Of a DNA stretch of 64,000 nt, positions 8,667-17,693 are shown piece after piece. Origin of the DNA: an uncultured Verrucomicrobiota bacterium (lineage in GTDB: Bacteria; Verrucomicrobiota; Verrucomicrobiia; Limisphaerales; UBA9464). Both the position numbers and the translations under genes were made by a program. The stretch is taken from NCBI GenBank assembly GCA_903880005.1, contig CAIRNV010000282.1, forward strand, positions 1,354 to 65,353, given 5' to 3'. Within the stretch, counting starts at the first letter, position 1, and every line of letters begins with the position of its first letter. The notes beneath the pieces were generated by a model. It had not been told where the DNA came from and made no database searches. It saw nothing but the letters and a program-made list of their open reading frames with translations.

Positions 8667-10229
8667 CTAGTCCGTGGAGGCGATCTTGGAGGCGGACTCG
8701 TATCGGGTGATGCCCTTGAGGAAGGTCAGGCAAACGTCGCCCGTGGGGCCGTTGCGTTGCTTGGCGATGAGAAGGTTGACGGGCGTGGCGCCCATCCCGT
8801 CATCACGCGCCTCGGGATCCTCGCGTCGCTGGTCATCGTCCTCGGCGGCGGGCTTGTACAGGAGCCCAACGAGGTCGGCGTCTTGCTCGATGGCACCAGA
8901 CTCGCGGAGGTCGGAGAGCTTGGGCTTGCGGTCCTTGTCCTTTTCCAGCTCGCGATTGAGCTGGCACAGGACGATCACCGGGACCTTGAGTTCCTTGGCG
9001 AGCGCCTTCACCCCGTTGGAAAGCTCGGCGACCTCCTGCTGTCGGCTGTCGGCCGCCTTCTTGGAGGTCGAGTGCATCAACTGGAGGTAGTCGATGATGA
9101 ACAGCTTGACGCCATGCTGCTGCCACATGCGCCGGGCTCGCGCCCGCAATTGGAGGATCGAAAGCCCCGGGGTGTCATCGATGTGGATGGGCGCGCGGCT
9201 CAACTTTGAGGCGGCGGCCGTCAGTCGGCGGAAGTCGCCCTCGGAGAGGAACCCATCGCGGATCAAGCGGCCGTTGACCCGCGCGAGGGAACACAACATG
9301 CGCATGACCAAGGACTCAGAGGTCATTTCGAGACTGAACACCCCGACCGGGAGGTTGGCCTCCACGGAGACGTGCTCGGCGATGTTCATGGCCAGCGACG
9401 TCTTGCCCATGGAGGGACGCGCCGCGATGACCACCATGTCGCTCGGTTGCAAGCCGCTGGTCATCTTGTCCAGGTCCGGGAAGCCCGTGGGAAGCCCCGT
9501 CAGCCCACCCTTTCGCTGGTGGAAATCCTGGATCATGTCCACGGCCGACCGCACCAACTCGCGCATGGTGCGGTTGGTGTTTTCCGAGCGATCCTGGCTG
9601 ATCTTGAGGATGTCGCGCTCCACCTCATCCAGAAGGGAGTCCACCGCCCCCTCGTATTCGTGCACCTTCGAGACGGCCTCCGAACACGTGGCCAGCACGC
9701 GGCGGAGGACATGCTTCTCGCGGACGATGTCGAGGTAATAGGCGAGGTTGGCCGCGCTCGGGACGGCGTCCATGAGCTCGGACAAGTAGGCCAGCCCTCC
9801 CACGCCGTCGATTTGCCCGGCGTCCTTGAGCTTCTGGCCCAAGGTGATGAGGTCGATCGGCTCCTTGCGATCGTACATCGACACCAAGACCTCGTAGATG
9901 GTCCGGTGGCGCAGGTCGTAGAAGGCCTCCCCACCGCCCTTGATGCGCTCGATGCACTGGCCGATCGAATCCGAAGGCTCCAGCAGGGCGCATCCCAACA
10001 CGCCCTGCTCGGCCTCCAAGGAGTGCGGCGGCAGGCGATCAATGCGGGACAAGTCCACGCCCCGACGGCGCCCCCCTTGGCCTTCGCTCCGGGACGATTT
10101 CCCGGTGACCTGGAACTCCTCCATGGCAGGAGGTGGCAGGGATGGAATCTCGGGAGGCGGTGCCTCCATGCCTGTTATCTCATCGGTCATCGATCGATTG
10201 CAACGCGACGGCCCACGGCGAGAAAGCAT
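8667..10229 (-). CDS. dnaB: Replicative DNA helicase DnaB
   Basis: LPPHSLEAEQGVLGCALL, Walker A ARPSMGKTS and LSDLRESGAIEQDADLV. The N-terminal ~60 aa are uncertain, and alternative starts exist at Met14, Met21 and Met36. Confidence 0.9.
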   Translation of the reverse strand: MLSRRGPSRCNRSMTDEITGMEAPPPEIPSLPPPAMEEFQVTGKSSRSEGQGGRRRGVDLSRIDRLPPHSLEAEQGVLGCALLEPSDSIGQCIERIKGGGEAFYDLRHRTIYEVLVSMYDRKEPIDLITLGQKLKDAGQIDGVGGLAYLSELMDAVPSAANLAYYLDIVREKHVLRRVLATCSEAVSKVHEYEGAVDSLLDEVERDILKISQDRSENTNRTMRELVRSAVDMIQDFHQRKGGLTGLPTGFPDLDKMTSGLQPSDMVVIAARPSMGKTSLAMNIAEHVSVEANLPVGVFSLEMTSESLVMRMLCSLARVNGRLIRDGFLSEGDFRRLTAAASKLSRAPIHIDDTPGLSILQLRARARRMWQQHGVKLFIIDYLQLMHSTSKKAADSRQQEVAELSNGVKALAKELKVPVIVLCQLNRELEKDKDRKPKLSDLRESGAIEQDADLVGLLYKPAAEDDDQRREDPEARDDGMGATPVNLLIAKQRNGPTGDVCLTFLKGITRYESASKIASTD

Positions 10230-10260
10230 GCGTTGTTGGCATGTTCTTCACGGGGTATTG

Positions 10261-10290
10261 AAATGAAAAAGGGCCCGGCGAGCCGGGCCC
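10261..10290 (-). terminator. Intrinsic terminator downstream of rplI
   Basis: Perfect hairpin GGGCCCGGC-GA-GCCGGGCCC at 10271-10290. On the minus strand it is followed by TTTTTCATTT (10270-10261), 21 nt after the rplI stop. Confidence 0.65.
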
Positions 10291-10311
10291 AGCATCGACT
10301 CCGAGATCCGT

Positions 10312-10893
10312 TTAGGCCTTGGCGTCCTCGGCGGAGGGAGCTCCCCCAGCAGGCTTGCGGCCTCCCGAACGAGCCGACCGCTTCTCGGTCTTCGCCGCCC
10401 CGGCAGCCTTGGCCACTTCCTCGGGCGAAGGGATCGGGGTGTTGCTGTTGACGACGACCTTGAGGGAGGACTTGACCTCCGGGTGCAGTCGCAACTCGAT
10501 CTCGAACTCCCCCAAGGCGTGGATGGGACGCTCGAGATGAATCTTTCGCTTGTCCAAGGCGACATCGAGCTGGGTCTTCAAGGCGTCGGCGATGGTGCCG
10601 GCCGTTACGCTCCCGAACATCTTCCCGTCGTCGCCGGTCTTGACGAGCAAGGTGATGGTCACCTTGGACAGGCTCTTGCCCAACTCGGCCATGGAGTTCA
10701 ACTCGTGAGCCTCGCGCTCGGCACGCTTCTGGCGGAGGACCTCCAGCCGACGCTTGTTGGCCTGGGTCACGGGAACGGCCAACCCCTGCGGGACCAAGAA
10801 GTTTCGGGCGTACCCGGACGACACCTTGACTTGGTCGGATTCGCCGCCCAAGCCCACCACGTTTTGGATCAAAATGACTTCGCTCTTTGCCAT
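10312..10893 (-). CDS. rplI: 50S ribosomal protein L9
   Basis: MAKSEVILIQNVVGLGGESDQVKVSSGYARNFLVPQGLAV, with a basic low-complexity C-terminal extension. Confidence 0.9.
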   Translation of the reverse strand: MAKSEVILIQNVVGLGGESDQVKVSSGYARNFLVPQGLAVPVTQANKRRLEVLRQKRAEREAHELNSMAELGKSLSKVTITLLVKTGDDGKMFGSVTAGTIADALKTQLDVALDKRKIHLERPIHALGEFEIELRLHPEVKSSLKVVVNSNTPIPSPEEVAKAAGAAKTEKRSARSGGRKPAGGAPSAEDAKA

Positions 10894-10985
10894 GACATTA
10901 CTTTCTTTCGACTTGCTTTGAAATTTCTAGCCCCTCGCCATCGCCCATGAGCGAGGCCTCGGGGACGCCGGTTCATAACGCCCCA

Positions 10986-11465
10986 TCAAAAGGGAACATC
11001 GTCCTCTTCAGGAGGCGGGGCATCACCACCGGCCTCGCCCGACGGAGCCTCGGGGGCACGAGGTGCTGGTGCTGCGGGACGAGACGGGGGACGCGCAACG
11101 CCAGCGGATGGGGCCCCCGCACCCTCCGTCGTCGGCGTGCCAATGAACTGGAAGCCCTCCAGCACAACACGAAGGGCCGAACGCTTCTGGCCCGTCGTCT
11201 TGTCGTCCCACTGGTCCAGCTTGAGGCGCCCTTCCACGAACAAAGGCCGCCCTTTCTTGCAATATTGGCTGATGACCTCCGCCTGCTTTCCCCACGCATC
11301 GATGTCCACGAACGTGGTCTCCTCCCTCGCCTCGCCGGACTCGGTCGTGTACCGGCGATTGACGGCGAGCCCCAGCTTGGCGACGGCCTGACCCTTCGGC
11401 GTGTAGCGAAGCTCGGGATCCCTCGTGAGGTTGCCCATCAGTAGGACCTTGTTGAAGTTGGCCAT
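10986..11465 (-). CDS. ssb: Single-stranded DNA-binding protein
   Basis: OB-fold N-terminus MANFNKVLLMGNLTRDPELRYTPKG, a Gly/Pro-rich linker and an acidic tail EEDDVPF. Confidence 0.9.
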   Translation of the reverse strand: MANFNKVLLMGNLTRDPELRYTPKGQAVAKLGLAVNRRYTTESGEAREETTFVDIDAWGKQAEVISQYCKKGRPLFVEGRLKLDQWDDKTTGQKRSALRVVLEGFQFIGTPTTEGAGAPSAGVARPPSRPAAPAPRAPEAPSGEAGGDAPPPEEDDVPF

Positions 11466-11532
11466 GCCAGGAGAGGTTTGGGGAGTGGGATTTGGCGGGT
11501 TGGCGGCCTGACGGGGCCACTAGGCCCGTCAC

Positions 11533-11856
11533 TCAGGCGACCGCCGCCACGGGCGTCGCCGGGGCCGACTTGGGAGCCTCCGAGAACAGGATTCGGAAGA
11601 CCTCGTCGGAGTGACGAAACTTGGTGTTGAGTTGCTCGATGACCGTCGGGGCGGCTGCAAAGAGCACATTCACATAGTGCCCGCCGGTGTGGCGCTTGTC
11701 CGCGACGCGCGCGAATGGCTTCTTGTCCATCTTTTGGACGGTCTCCACCTTGCCACCCAAGGTGGTGATTTCGGCGGTCACGCGATCCACGGCCTCCTTC
11801 AAGCCATCTTCCTTGCCCGCCAAGTTCAGGATGAACAAACCCTCGTATCTCTTCAC
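11533..11856 (-). CDS. rpsF: 30S ribosomal protein S6
   Basis: MKRYEGLFILN...VQKMDKKPFARV, at the expected position upstream of ssb. Confidence 0.9.
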   Translation of the reverse strand: MKRYEGLFILNLAGKEDGLKEAVDRVTAEITTLGGKVETVQKMDKKPFARVADKRHTGGHYVNVLFAAAPTVIEQLNTKFRHSDEVFRILFSEAPKSAPATPVAAVA

Positions 11857-11886
11857 GTTGCTTTTTCCACGGTTATGGGCCGCGGC

Positions 11887-12471
11887 TCACGCCACGGGCC
11901 CGTTGTATCGATTCATGGCCAGAGCAATTCCTTCCTTTAGCCAGCATTCCGCCTGCTTCGAAGCCTGCTCCAGCACTTTTTCAAACATGTCCTGCTCGTC
12001 TTGGGCAAACCGTCCCAAGACATGGCCTGAGATGTCACGAGCCCTTTGCTGCGGCCTGGCAATGCCAAGCCTCAAACGCGGGTAATCGCCTGCGCCCAAG
12101 GAAGCGTGGATGGACTCCAAGCCGTGGTGCCCACCCGTGCCGCCCGAGGGCTTAAGCCGCAGCGTCCCCAAGGGAAGGTCGGCATCGTCCACCGCGACCA
12201 ACAGATCCTGAGCGGCGATCTTGTGGAACCGACTGACGGCTCCAACGGCGTCACCACTGCGATTCATGAAGGTCTGCGGCTTGCACAACCAGCCCCGACG
12301 GGACCCCACGGTCACCTCGGCCACTTCTGAAAAGAACTTTCGTTCGGATTGCCAACGGCCTCCCCAACGATTTGCTAAACGGTCGGCGAGCATGAAGCCC
12401 GCGTTGTGCCTTGTACACAGATATTCTCGGCCCGGGTTGCCAAGCCCCACAATCAGGAATCTGCCGCTCAC
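11887..12471 (-). CDS. pth: Peptidyl-tRNA hydrolase
   Basis: LIVGLGNPGREYLCTRHNAGF and GTGGHHGLESI. Confidence 0.9.
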   Translation of the reverse strand: MSGRFLIVGLGNPGREYLCTRHNAGFMLADRLANRWGGRWQSERKFFSEVAEVTVGSRRGWLCKPQTFMNRSGDAVGAVSRFHKIAAQDLLVAVDDADLPLGTLRLKPSGGTGGHHGLESIHASLGAGDYPRLRLGIARPQQRARDISGHVLGRFAQDEQDMFEKVLEQASKQAECWLKEGIALAMNRYNGPVA

Positions 12472-12502
12472 AAAGCACCACCCATCAACCCGGCCTAGGC
12501 GT

Positions 12503-12531
12503 CCCGGCGGCGCGAGCCTCGCGCCGCCGGG
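12503..12531 (-). promoter_or_regulatory. Perfect 13-bp GC stem / 3-nt loop hairpin between rplY and pth
   Basis: CCCGGCGGCGCGA-GCC-TCGCGCCGCCGGG read directly, 20 nt after the rplY stop on the minus strand. No U-tract follows, so function (processing, stability or attenuation) is unknown. Confidence 0.4.
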
Positions 12532-12550
12532 ATTGCCTAAACGGCGGCGG

Positions 12551-13246
12551 CTACTTCTTCTTGTCTGCGGCCTTCTTCTCGTCCGCCTTGCCGCCTTCCT
12601 CGCCCTTCTTCTCCTTGATCATCTCGGGCTGCTTGGCGTCGCCGGAGGCACCAGCGGCCGCGGTCGTCGCCTCCGGTTCGGCGGCGGCAGGAGCCGCGCA
12701 GGCCAGGACCGTGACCTCCTTGTTGCCGAGCAACTCAACGCCCGGAGGCGGGGTGATCTCTCCCAAGTGAATCGACTTGCCAACATCAAGGTTGGTGACG
12801 TCCACGAGCAATTGGTCAGGGAGATCCTTGGGCAGCGCGCGGACACGAATCTTCAGGAGCACATGCTCGAGGGTGCCGCCTTCCTTGACGCCCTTGCAGT
12901 CGCCCTGGGTCTCGACGGGAACACGAATGGTCACCCGTTCATCGGGTTGGACCTCGTGGAAGTCGACGTGCAAGACCCGCCCGTCGAGGGGGTGATGCTG
13001 GACGTCTTGGATAAGGGCCAACCGGGATGGCCTCGTGTCGCCCGAGATCGTGAGGTCCACCAAGATGATCTCGGAGTGGGCCGCGTGCACCAAGTCGCCG
13101 AACGCCTTGGCGTCGATCTCGAGGTTTTGGGCTGCCGCCGTCTTGCCGTAGATGTTGGCGGGAATCTTGCCTGCGGCGCGAACGGAACGAACGCCCTTGC
13201 GGCGGGTAACAGAGCGCGGTGACGCGCCCATCGGGAGTGCTTTCAT
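12551..13246 (-). CDS. rplY: 50S ribosomal protein L25 / general stress protein Ctc
   Basis: RRKGVRSVRAAGKIPANIYG, a two-domain length (231 aa) and a Lys/Glu-rich tail. Lies in a conserved prs-rplY-pth context. Confidence 0.85.
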   Translation of the reverse strand: MKALPMGASPRSVTRRKGVRSVRAAGKIPANIYGKTAAAQNLEIDAKAFGDLVHAAHSEIILVDLTISGDTRPSRLALIQDVQHHPLDGRVLHVDFHEVQPDERVTIRVPVETQGDCKGVKEGGTLEHVLLKIRVRALPKDLPDQLLVDVTNLDVGKSIHLGEITPPPGVELLGNKEVTVLACAAPAAAEPEATTAAAGASGDAKQPEMIKEKKGEEGGKADEKKAADKKK

Positions 13247-13288
13247 GTTTCCAAGTCGTATCTGCCGACGCCCGGACCATCCGGGGCA

Positions 13289-14221
13289 TCAACCCTTGAA
13301 CTCGAAGAGCGAGGTAACGGAGGAATTGCTGTGAATCCGCTTGATCGCCTCGCCCAGCAAGCCCGCGACGGAAAGCGTCGTGACTCGAACACCTTCAATC
13401 GCCGGACGCACGACCGTATCAGTGGTGATTAGCTCGTCAATCACCGATTTGCGAAGGCGTTCCGCGCCGAGGTCGTTGATCAGGGCGTGCGACACGCAGG
13501 CCCGAATGTGCCCGGCGCCCCGGCTCTTCAGCAGCGCGGCCGCGTTGACCAGCGTGCCTGCCGTCTCGGTGAGGTCGTCCACCAGCAGGATGTTGCGGCC
13601 TTCGATATCGCCGATGACGGAGATCGCCTCCGTCTCCGTCGGGCTGGTGCGACGCTTGGCCACGATGGCGAGCTCGGCCCCCAGTTGCTGGGCATAGGCG
13701 GCCGCCATCTTGAGGCCGCCGAGGTCCGGGCTCACCACCACCAAGTTGGGGATCGCCACCTTCTTCAGGTAGTCAAAGATCACCGGTGCCGCGTACAGGT
13801 GGTCCACGGGAATGTCGAAGAACCCCTGAATCTGCTGGGCGTGGAGGTCCATCGTCAGGACGCGGTGCGCGCCGGCCGCGACGATCAGGTTCGCCACCAA
13901 CTTCGCGGTGATGGGCACCCGCGGCTGGTCCTTCCGGTCTTGCCGCGCATACCCATAGAACGGCAGCACGGCGGTGATGCGCGACGCGCTCGCCCGGCGC
14001 AGCGCGTCGATCATGATGAACATCTCCATCAGGTGCTGGTTGGCTGGCGGGCTCGTGGATTGGATCACGTAGACATCCTCGCCCCGGACGTTCTCGTCGA
14101 TCTTGACGAACGTCTCGCCGTTGGGGAACGGGCGGACGGTGGACTTGCCGAGGGGGATGTCGATGGCCTGGCAAATGGCCTTGGCCAAGGCCGGGTTGGA
14201 GTTTCCGGTGAAGACTTTCAC
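13289..14221 (-). CDS. prs: Ribose-phosphate pyrophosphokinase
   Basis: MKVFTGNSNPALA, DLHAQQIQGFFDIPVDHL and the PRPP-binding loop LLVDDLTETAGTL. Confidence 0.95.
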   Translation of the reverse strand: MKVFTGNSNPALAKAICQAIDIPLGKSTVRPFPNGETFVKIDENVRGEDVYVIQSTSPPANQHLMEMFIMIDALRRASASRITAVLPFYGYARQDRKDQPRVPITAKLVANLIVAAGAHRVLTMDLHAQQIQGFFDIPVDHLYAAPVIFDYLKKVAIPNLVVVSPDLGGLKMAAAYAQQLGAELAIVAKRRTSPTETEAISVIGDIEGRNILLVDDLTETAGTLVNAAALLKSRGAGHIRACVSHALINDLGAERLRKSVIDELITTDTVVRPAIEGVRVTTLSVAGLLGEAIKRIHSNSSVTSLFEFKG

Positions 14222-14475
14222 GCGCTTTTAAGTGAGAGACATCAGGGGCGAAGAGACCATTTGAAATGGACTGCAGGGGCAGCGTGGCCCAGCACCGCGA
14301 CCGGCGGCAAGGCCAATGGCTTCCTTCCTCCCGCGCGGCATGTCCCCTGCCCCGGCACCCGGTCTCATGCCCTCCGCCTCGTGCCGCCTCGGCGGGCAAA
14401 AGAACCCTTGCCAGATCGAACGAAGGTGTGCTCTTTGGCCTCGTGGTCGTTGGGAAGCCAGTCATCAATCAGCCG

Positions 14476-14901
14476 TTGCGCCGTCGGCTTGCGTGCGCGG
14501 CCTTGATGCTTTGCTGGCTGCTGCTCCACCTCGCGGCCGTCCTCCATGTTCATCCCCATCGGCACGTGCCATGGGGTGAGACGCACCTGCATCACGCCGT
14601 CCATGGCACGGGGCTACCTGTCGATGGATCTCCGGGGTCGGATCAGAACCTTGTGGCGTCAGACCCGTGCACTCCTGGGCCCGCCAGCGATGGCGAGGAA
14701 GAGTCAGACGAGGAGGCGACCCACCCGTGTGGCCTTTGCCAAGTATTGCTTCAATCGGCCCATGACTTGGCTCTAACGGCCGAGGCCCTTCTCTACATCG
14801 TTCCTGCACCGGAGGCATCCTACGCGAGGTTGGACCCGCTACCTGAAGCCCCATCGGGACTTCAGCGCCATGGACGGGCTCCGCCTCGGCGCAAGGCCTA
14901 A
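14476..14901 (+). CDS. DUF2946-like small exported protein (His-rich, CxxC)
   Basis: From TTG 14476 (or ATG 14506): basic then hydrophobic N-terminus RRRLACAALMLCWLLLHLAAV, a His cluster HVHPHRHVPWGETHLHHAVHG, HPCGLCQ, and a C-terminal GRAPP as in DUF2946 proteins. Third-position GC looks lower than in neighbouring genes, so coding status is only moderately supported. Confidence 0.4.
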   Translation: MRRRLACAALMLCWLLLHLAAVLHVHPHRHVPWGETHLHHAVHGTGLPVDGSPGSDQNLVASDPCTPGPASDGEEESDEEATHPCGLCQVLLQSAHDLALTAEALLYIVPAPEASYARLDPLPEAPSGLQRHGRAPPRRKA

Positions 14902-15049
14902 GCTTTCCTGATTCGGTCTCCACGGCACCCGTGCATCGGATGCACTCCACCGCGTGGAACCGCACCGTGCCTTGGACCTGCTTCCAAGCGGCACGCCGTC
15001 GATGTCCTAGTCCTGTAGTCCCCTGTATCTCGTCCATGGTCCCCCTTTC

Positions 15050-16006
15050 ATGAGCCCTATTGAAAATGGCTGCACGACGCGTCTCGTGCATCGTTTGGCC
15101 CACCCGTCGTGTAGCCGGAACGATGCAGTTGGATCGGTCGTGCTGACTGGATCTTCCTTCGCAAGGGCCTCGTCCTTCGCTCGTTACGGGCCTCTTGCAG
15201 GCTCGCGTCTCGCTCACTCCTCGGATCGTCATCCTGCCCCTGGAGGGAGGCTGGCCCCTGCCTCGAATTGCGGGCGAATCTTTCACGAAAAGCGCGCCAC
15301 CCAGACTCCGTCGCCGTCACGGGCGCGAGCCTTCACCTTGATCGAGTTGTTGGTCGTCGTGGCCATCATCGCGATCCTCGCGGGGCTGCTGTTGCCATCG
15401 CTGGCCGCCGCCAAGTCACGCGCCCGGCAGTCCTCGTGTCTTTCGGGCCTGCGCCAGGTGGGCCTTGGGATTCAAATGTATGCGGACGATAACCGAGGCC
15501 TGTTCCCCGAGACCACCCATGGCATCTCGGACACGAATCGCTCGTGGCTTGCGACCGTGCGTCCTTACCTTGCCAACACGGATGCCATCCGGCTTTGCCC
15601 CGCCGACCCGCGGCGCAACCAACGGATGACCAACGGCGGCGCCAGCTACGTCCCCAATGAGTTCCTTGCCGTGGATCGAGTCGATCCGTTCGGCCGCGTC
15701 ATCGAGTCCTTCCGGCGCATCGACCAGATCACCTCGCCGGCCGAGACGATCAGCGTGTTCGAGATCGCGGACTCCAAGGATCCCGGGGCGTTCAACGACC
15801 ACACCCATTCGAGGAATTGGACCAAGGGCTGGGACGCCGTGCTTGATGACATCCAACCGGACCGCCATCGGACTGGTGCGGCGTCGGCGGACCATTCCTC
15901 CGGCTCGGCCAATTATCTCTACCTGTGCGGCCACGTCGTCCAAGTCCGTGCCGCCACCGTCAAGTCACGCATCGCACGGGGCGACAACATCGCCATGCCC
16001 CGGTGA
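15050..16006 (+). CDS. Prepilin-type N-terminal cleavage/methylation domain protein (PVC H-X9-DG / DUF1559-like); 5' end unresolved, possibly frameshifted
   Basis: Recognisable from nt ~15329: [30 protein letters not shown]-terminal [15 protein letters not shown]. There is no in-frame ATG/GTG/TTG between 15143 and 15337. The coordinates given are the maximal ORF. Confidence 0.7.
   Translation: MSPIENGCTTRLVHRLAHPSCSRNDAVGSVVLTGSSFARASSFARYGPLAGSRLAHSSDRHPAPGGRLAPASNCGRIFHEKRATQTPSPSRARAFTLIELLVVVAIIAILAGLLLPSLAAAKSRARQSSCLSGLRQVGLGIQMYADDNRGLFPETTHGISDTNRSWLATVRPYLANTDAIRLCPADPRRNQRMTNGGASYVPNEFLAVDRVDPFGRVIESFRRIDQITSPAETISVFEIADSKDPGAFNDHTHSRNWTKGWDAVLDDIQPDRHRTGAASADHSSGSANYLYLCGHVVQVRAATVKSRIARGDNIAMPR
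15113..15224 (+). repeat. Intergenic repeat family, copy B (left ~110 nt, right arm missing)
   Basis: agccggaacgatGcagttggatcggtcgtgct...cgttacggg...ctcgctcactcctcgg aligns with copy A at 4332-4444 (roughly 80 percent identity by eye), and is likewise preceded by TAG. Confidence 0.6.
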
Positions 16007-16070
16007 CATGACGCAGGCAGCCCCATTCTCCAACGTCCCTTTTTTACGACAACAACAACACCATGCTGAC

Positions 16071-16781
16071 ATGCACAAATCCATCCTGCACAAATCCATC
16101 CACATGAACCTGCCCAGCATCGTGCTGGCATCGGCCCTTGCCTTCGTGGCGCGGGCCGAGACACGCCTTGCCTCCGGCCATGCCGACATCGGCGTGGGCT
16201 ACGAAGGGGGCTTCGACCTGCACGTCCATCAAGAGGAGCCCTTCGAGGCCGAGTACGAGCCCGACGAGGTGACCTTTGTCGTGGGTGAGGCCGCGAGAAC
16301 GACGTCGCCCGGGGGACTTTTCTCCGCATCCCTGGGGCCGGCCGGCTCCGTTGCGTGGGTTCTTTCCACCTCGCCTCATCCTGACCTGCCGTTCATCGGG
16401 TTTGGCACCGAGGAACTCGCGCAGGACGATTGGCTGGGGAACGTCAGCCTGACGCTCTCGGGTTTTTCGGGGCCCGGCAATCTGGCCGTCTGGAGCGTGG
16501 GAGCGTTTGGCAACACCGAGGTCGCCATCGACACCACGCGCGGCGCGGGCCTTCCAAACGGCTTGTCGCTTATCCCCGGCACGCACGCCCATTACAGCAT
16601 CGGGTTTTCCCAACCCGGTCTCTACGAGGTTTCGTTCGTCGCCAGCGGCACCCACGCGACCGACGGGGTGGCGAGCGGGGCGGGCACCTACCGCTTCGAG
16701 GTGGTGCCCGAGCCTTCCACGTGGGCGTTGCTGGGGCTGGGTGGCGCGGTGGCGCTGTTCGCGGCCCGACGGAGGCCTTGA
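16071..16781 (+). CDS. Choice-of-anchor-M / TIGR03769-like surface protein with PEP-CTERM sorting signal
   Basis: Signal peptide MNLPSIVLASALAFVARA (probable start 16104). GHADIGVGYEGG and THAHYSIGFSQPGLYEVSF motifs. C-terminal VPEPSTWALLGLGGAVALFAARRR is a PEP-CTERM signal. Confidence 0.75.
   Translation: MHKSILHKSIHMNLPSIVLASALAFVARAETRLASGHADIGVGYEGGFDLHVHQEEPFEAEYEPDEVTFVVGEAARTTSPGGLFSASLGPAGSVAWVLSTSPHPDLPFIGFGTEELAQDDWLGNVSLTLSGFSGPGNLAVWSVGAFGNTEVAIDTTRGAGLPNGLSLIPGTHAHYSIGFSQPGLYEVSFVASGTHATDGVASGAGTYRFEVVPEPSTWALLGLGGAVALFAARRRP
16072..16101 (+). repeat. Perfect 15-bp tandem duplication (tgcacaaatccatcc x2)
   Basis: Read directly. It lies between candidate starts ATG 16071 and ATG 16104 of the next gene. 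Confidence 0.9.
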
Positions 16782-16790
16782 ACCCAACCG

Positions 16791-17693
16791 TTGTTGCAAC
16801 GCCGCATGAACCCGCTCGTTGAACGACCCATTCCCCTGCGAGACTTCCCATGGCCGCTCGCCATCATCCTCGCGACGGCGGGAGCCTTGCGGGCGGGAGA
16901 CATGACCATCCTGACTCGCGAGCATGCGGATGTTCAGGTCGTGGACCGGCCCGGGTCCGACCCGCGCCTCGGGCTCGTCGTGCGGAATGGCGACAACGGG
17001 ATGACCTTGGAGCCCGCCTCGACGATCCTTGAGATCGGCGAGGCGGCTCGATTGGAGGTTCCTCCAGGCCTGGAGGTCTTCGGGCCACCCGGCTCGTCCA
17101 TCTGGATCCTTCCCCAATCGCAGGATCCCGCCCTGCTTTACCTCGGGCTCTCCGCGTCGGGCATCGCACCCGGCGCGTGGGACGGGCGTTTCAACGTCGA
17201 ATTGCTCAAGGTGGACGGCCCGGGGCACTTCTTCGTCTGGCAGTTTGATGCCTTCTCCGGCCTGGAGATGCGGATGAACTCGCGGGATGGAATCGGGCCG
17301 GAGGACTTCATGGCTCCCCTGCTTGGGGGGCATGAGCACGTCAACTGGGGCTTCACCGCCACGGGCCTCCACGAGGTCCAGCTCCGGATTTCGGGTCGAC
17401 TCCAAGGAACGACGAATGTCGTCCGGAGCGACCCTGTGAGCCTTTGGTTCGGCGTGGTTCCCTACGCGTTGCCGGCGCGCTCGCCCGTTCTGTCCCGCCC
17501 CGCATGGGATGGCAGCCAGTTGACGTGCCTGCTTCAGGGGGCCGCCATGCGAACCTATGGTTTGGAATCATCCTCCGACCTTCTCACGTGGACGCCTTCG
17601 GGGACGGTCACCACGGATGCATCCGGTTTCGCCAACGTGGCCGTGCCCAGCCCTACGCATTTCCGGTTCCTGCGGGCGAGGACGACGCCTTAG
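16791..17693 (+). CDS. Second choice-of-anchor-M / TIGR03769-like secreted protein
   Basis: REHADVQVV, GHEHVNWGFTATGLHEVQLRISG, and a C-terminal beta-sandwich-like tail ending HFRFLRA. The TAG stop abuts repeat copy C. Confidence 0.7.
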   Translation: MLQRRMNPLVERPIPLRDFPWPLAIILATAGALRAGDMTILTREHADVQVVDRPGSDPRLGLVVRNGDNGMTLEPASTILEIGEAARLEVPPGLEVFGPPGSSIWILPQSQDPALLYLGLSASGIAPGAWDGRFNVELLKVDGPGHFFVWQFDAFSGLEMRMNSRDGIGPEDFMAPLLGGHEHVNWGFTATGLHEVQLRISGRLQGTTNVVRSDPVSLWFGVVPYALPARSPVLSRPAWDGSQLTCLLQGAAMRTYGLESSSDLLTWTPSGTVTTDASGFANVAVPSPTHFRFLRARTTP

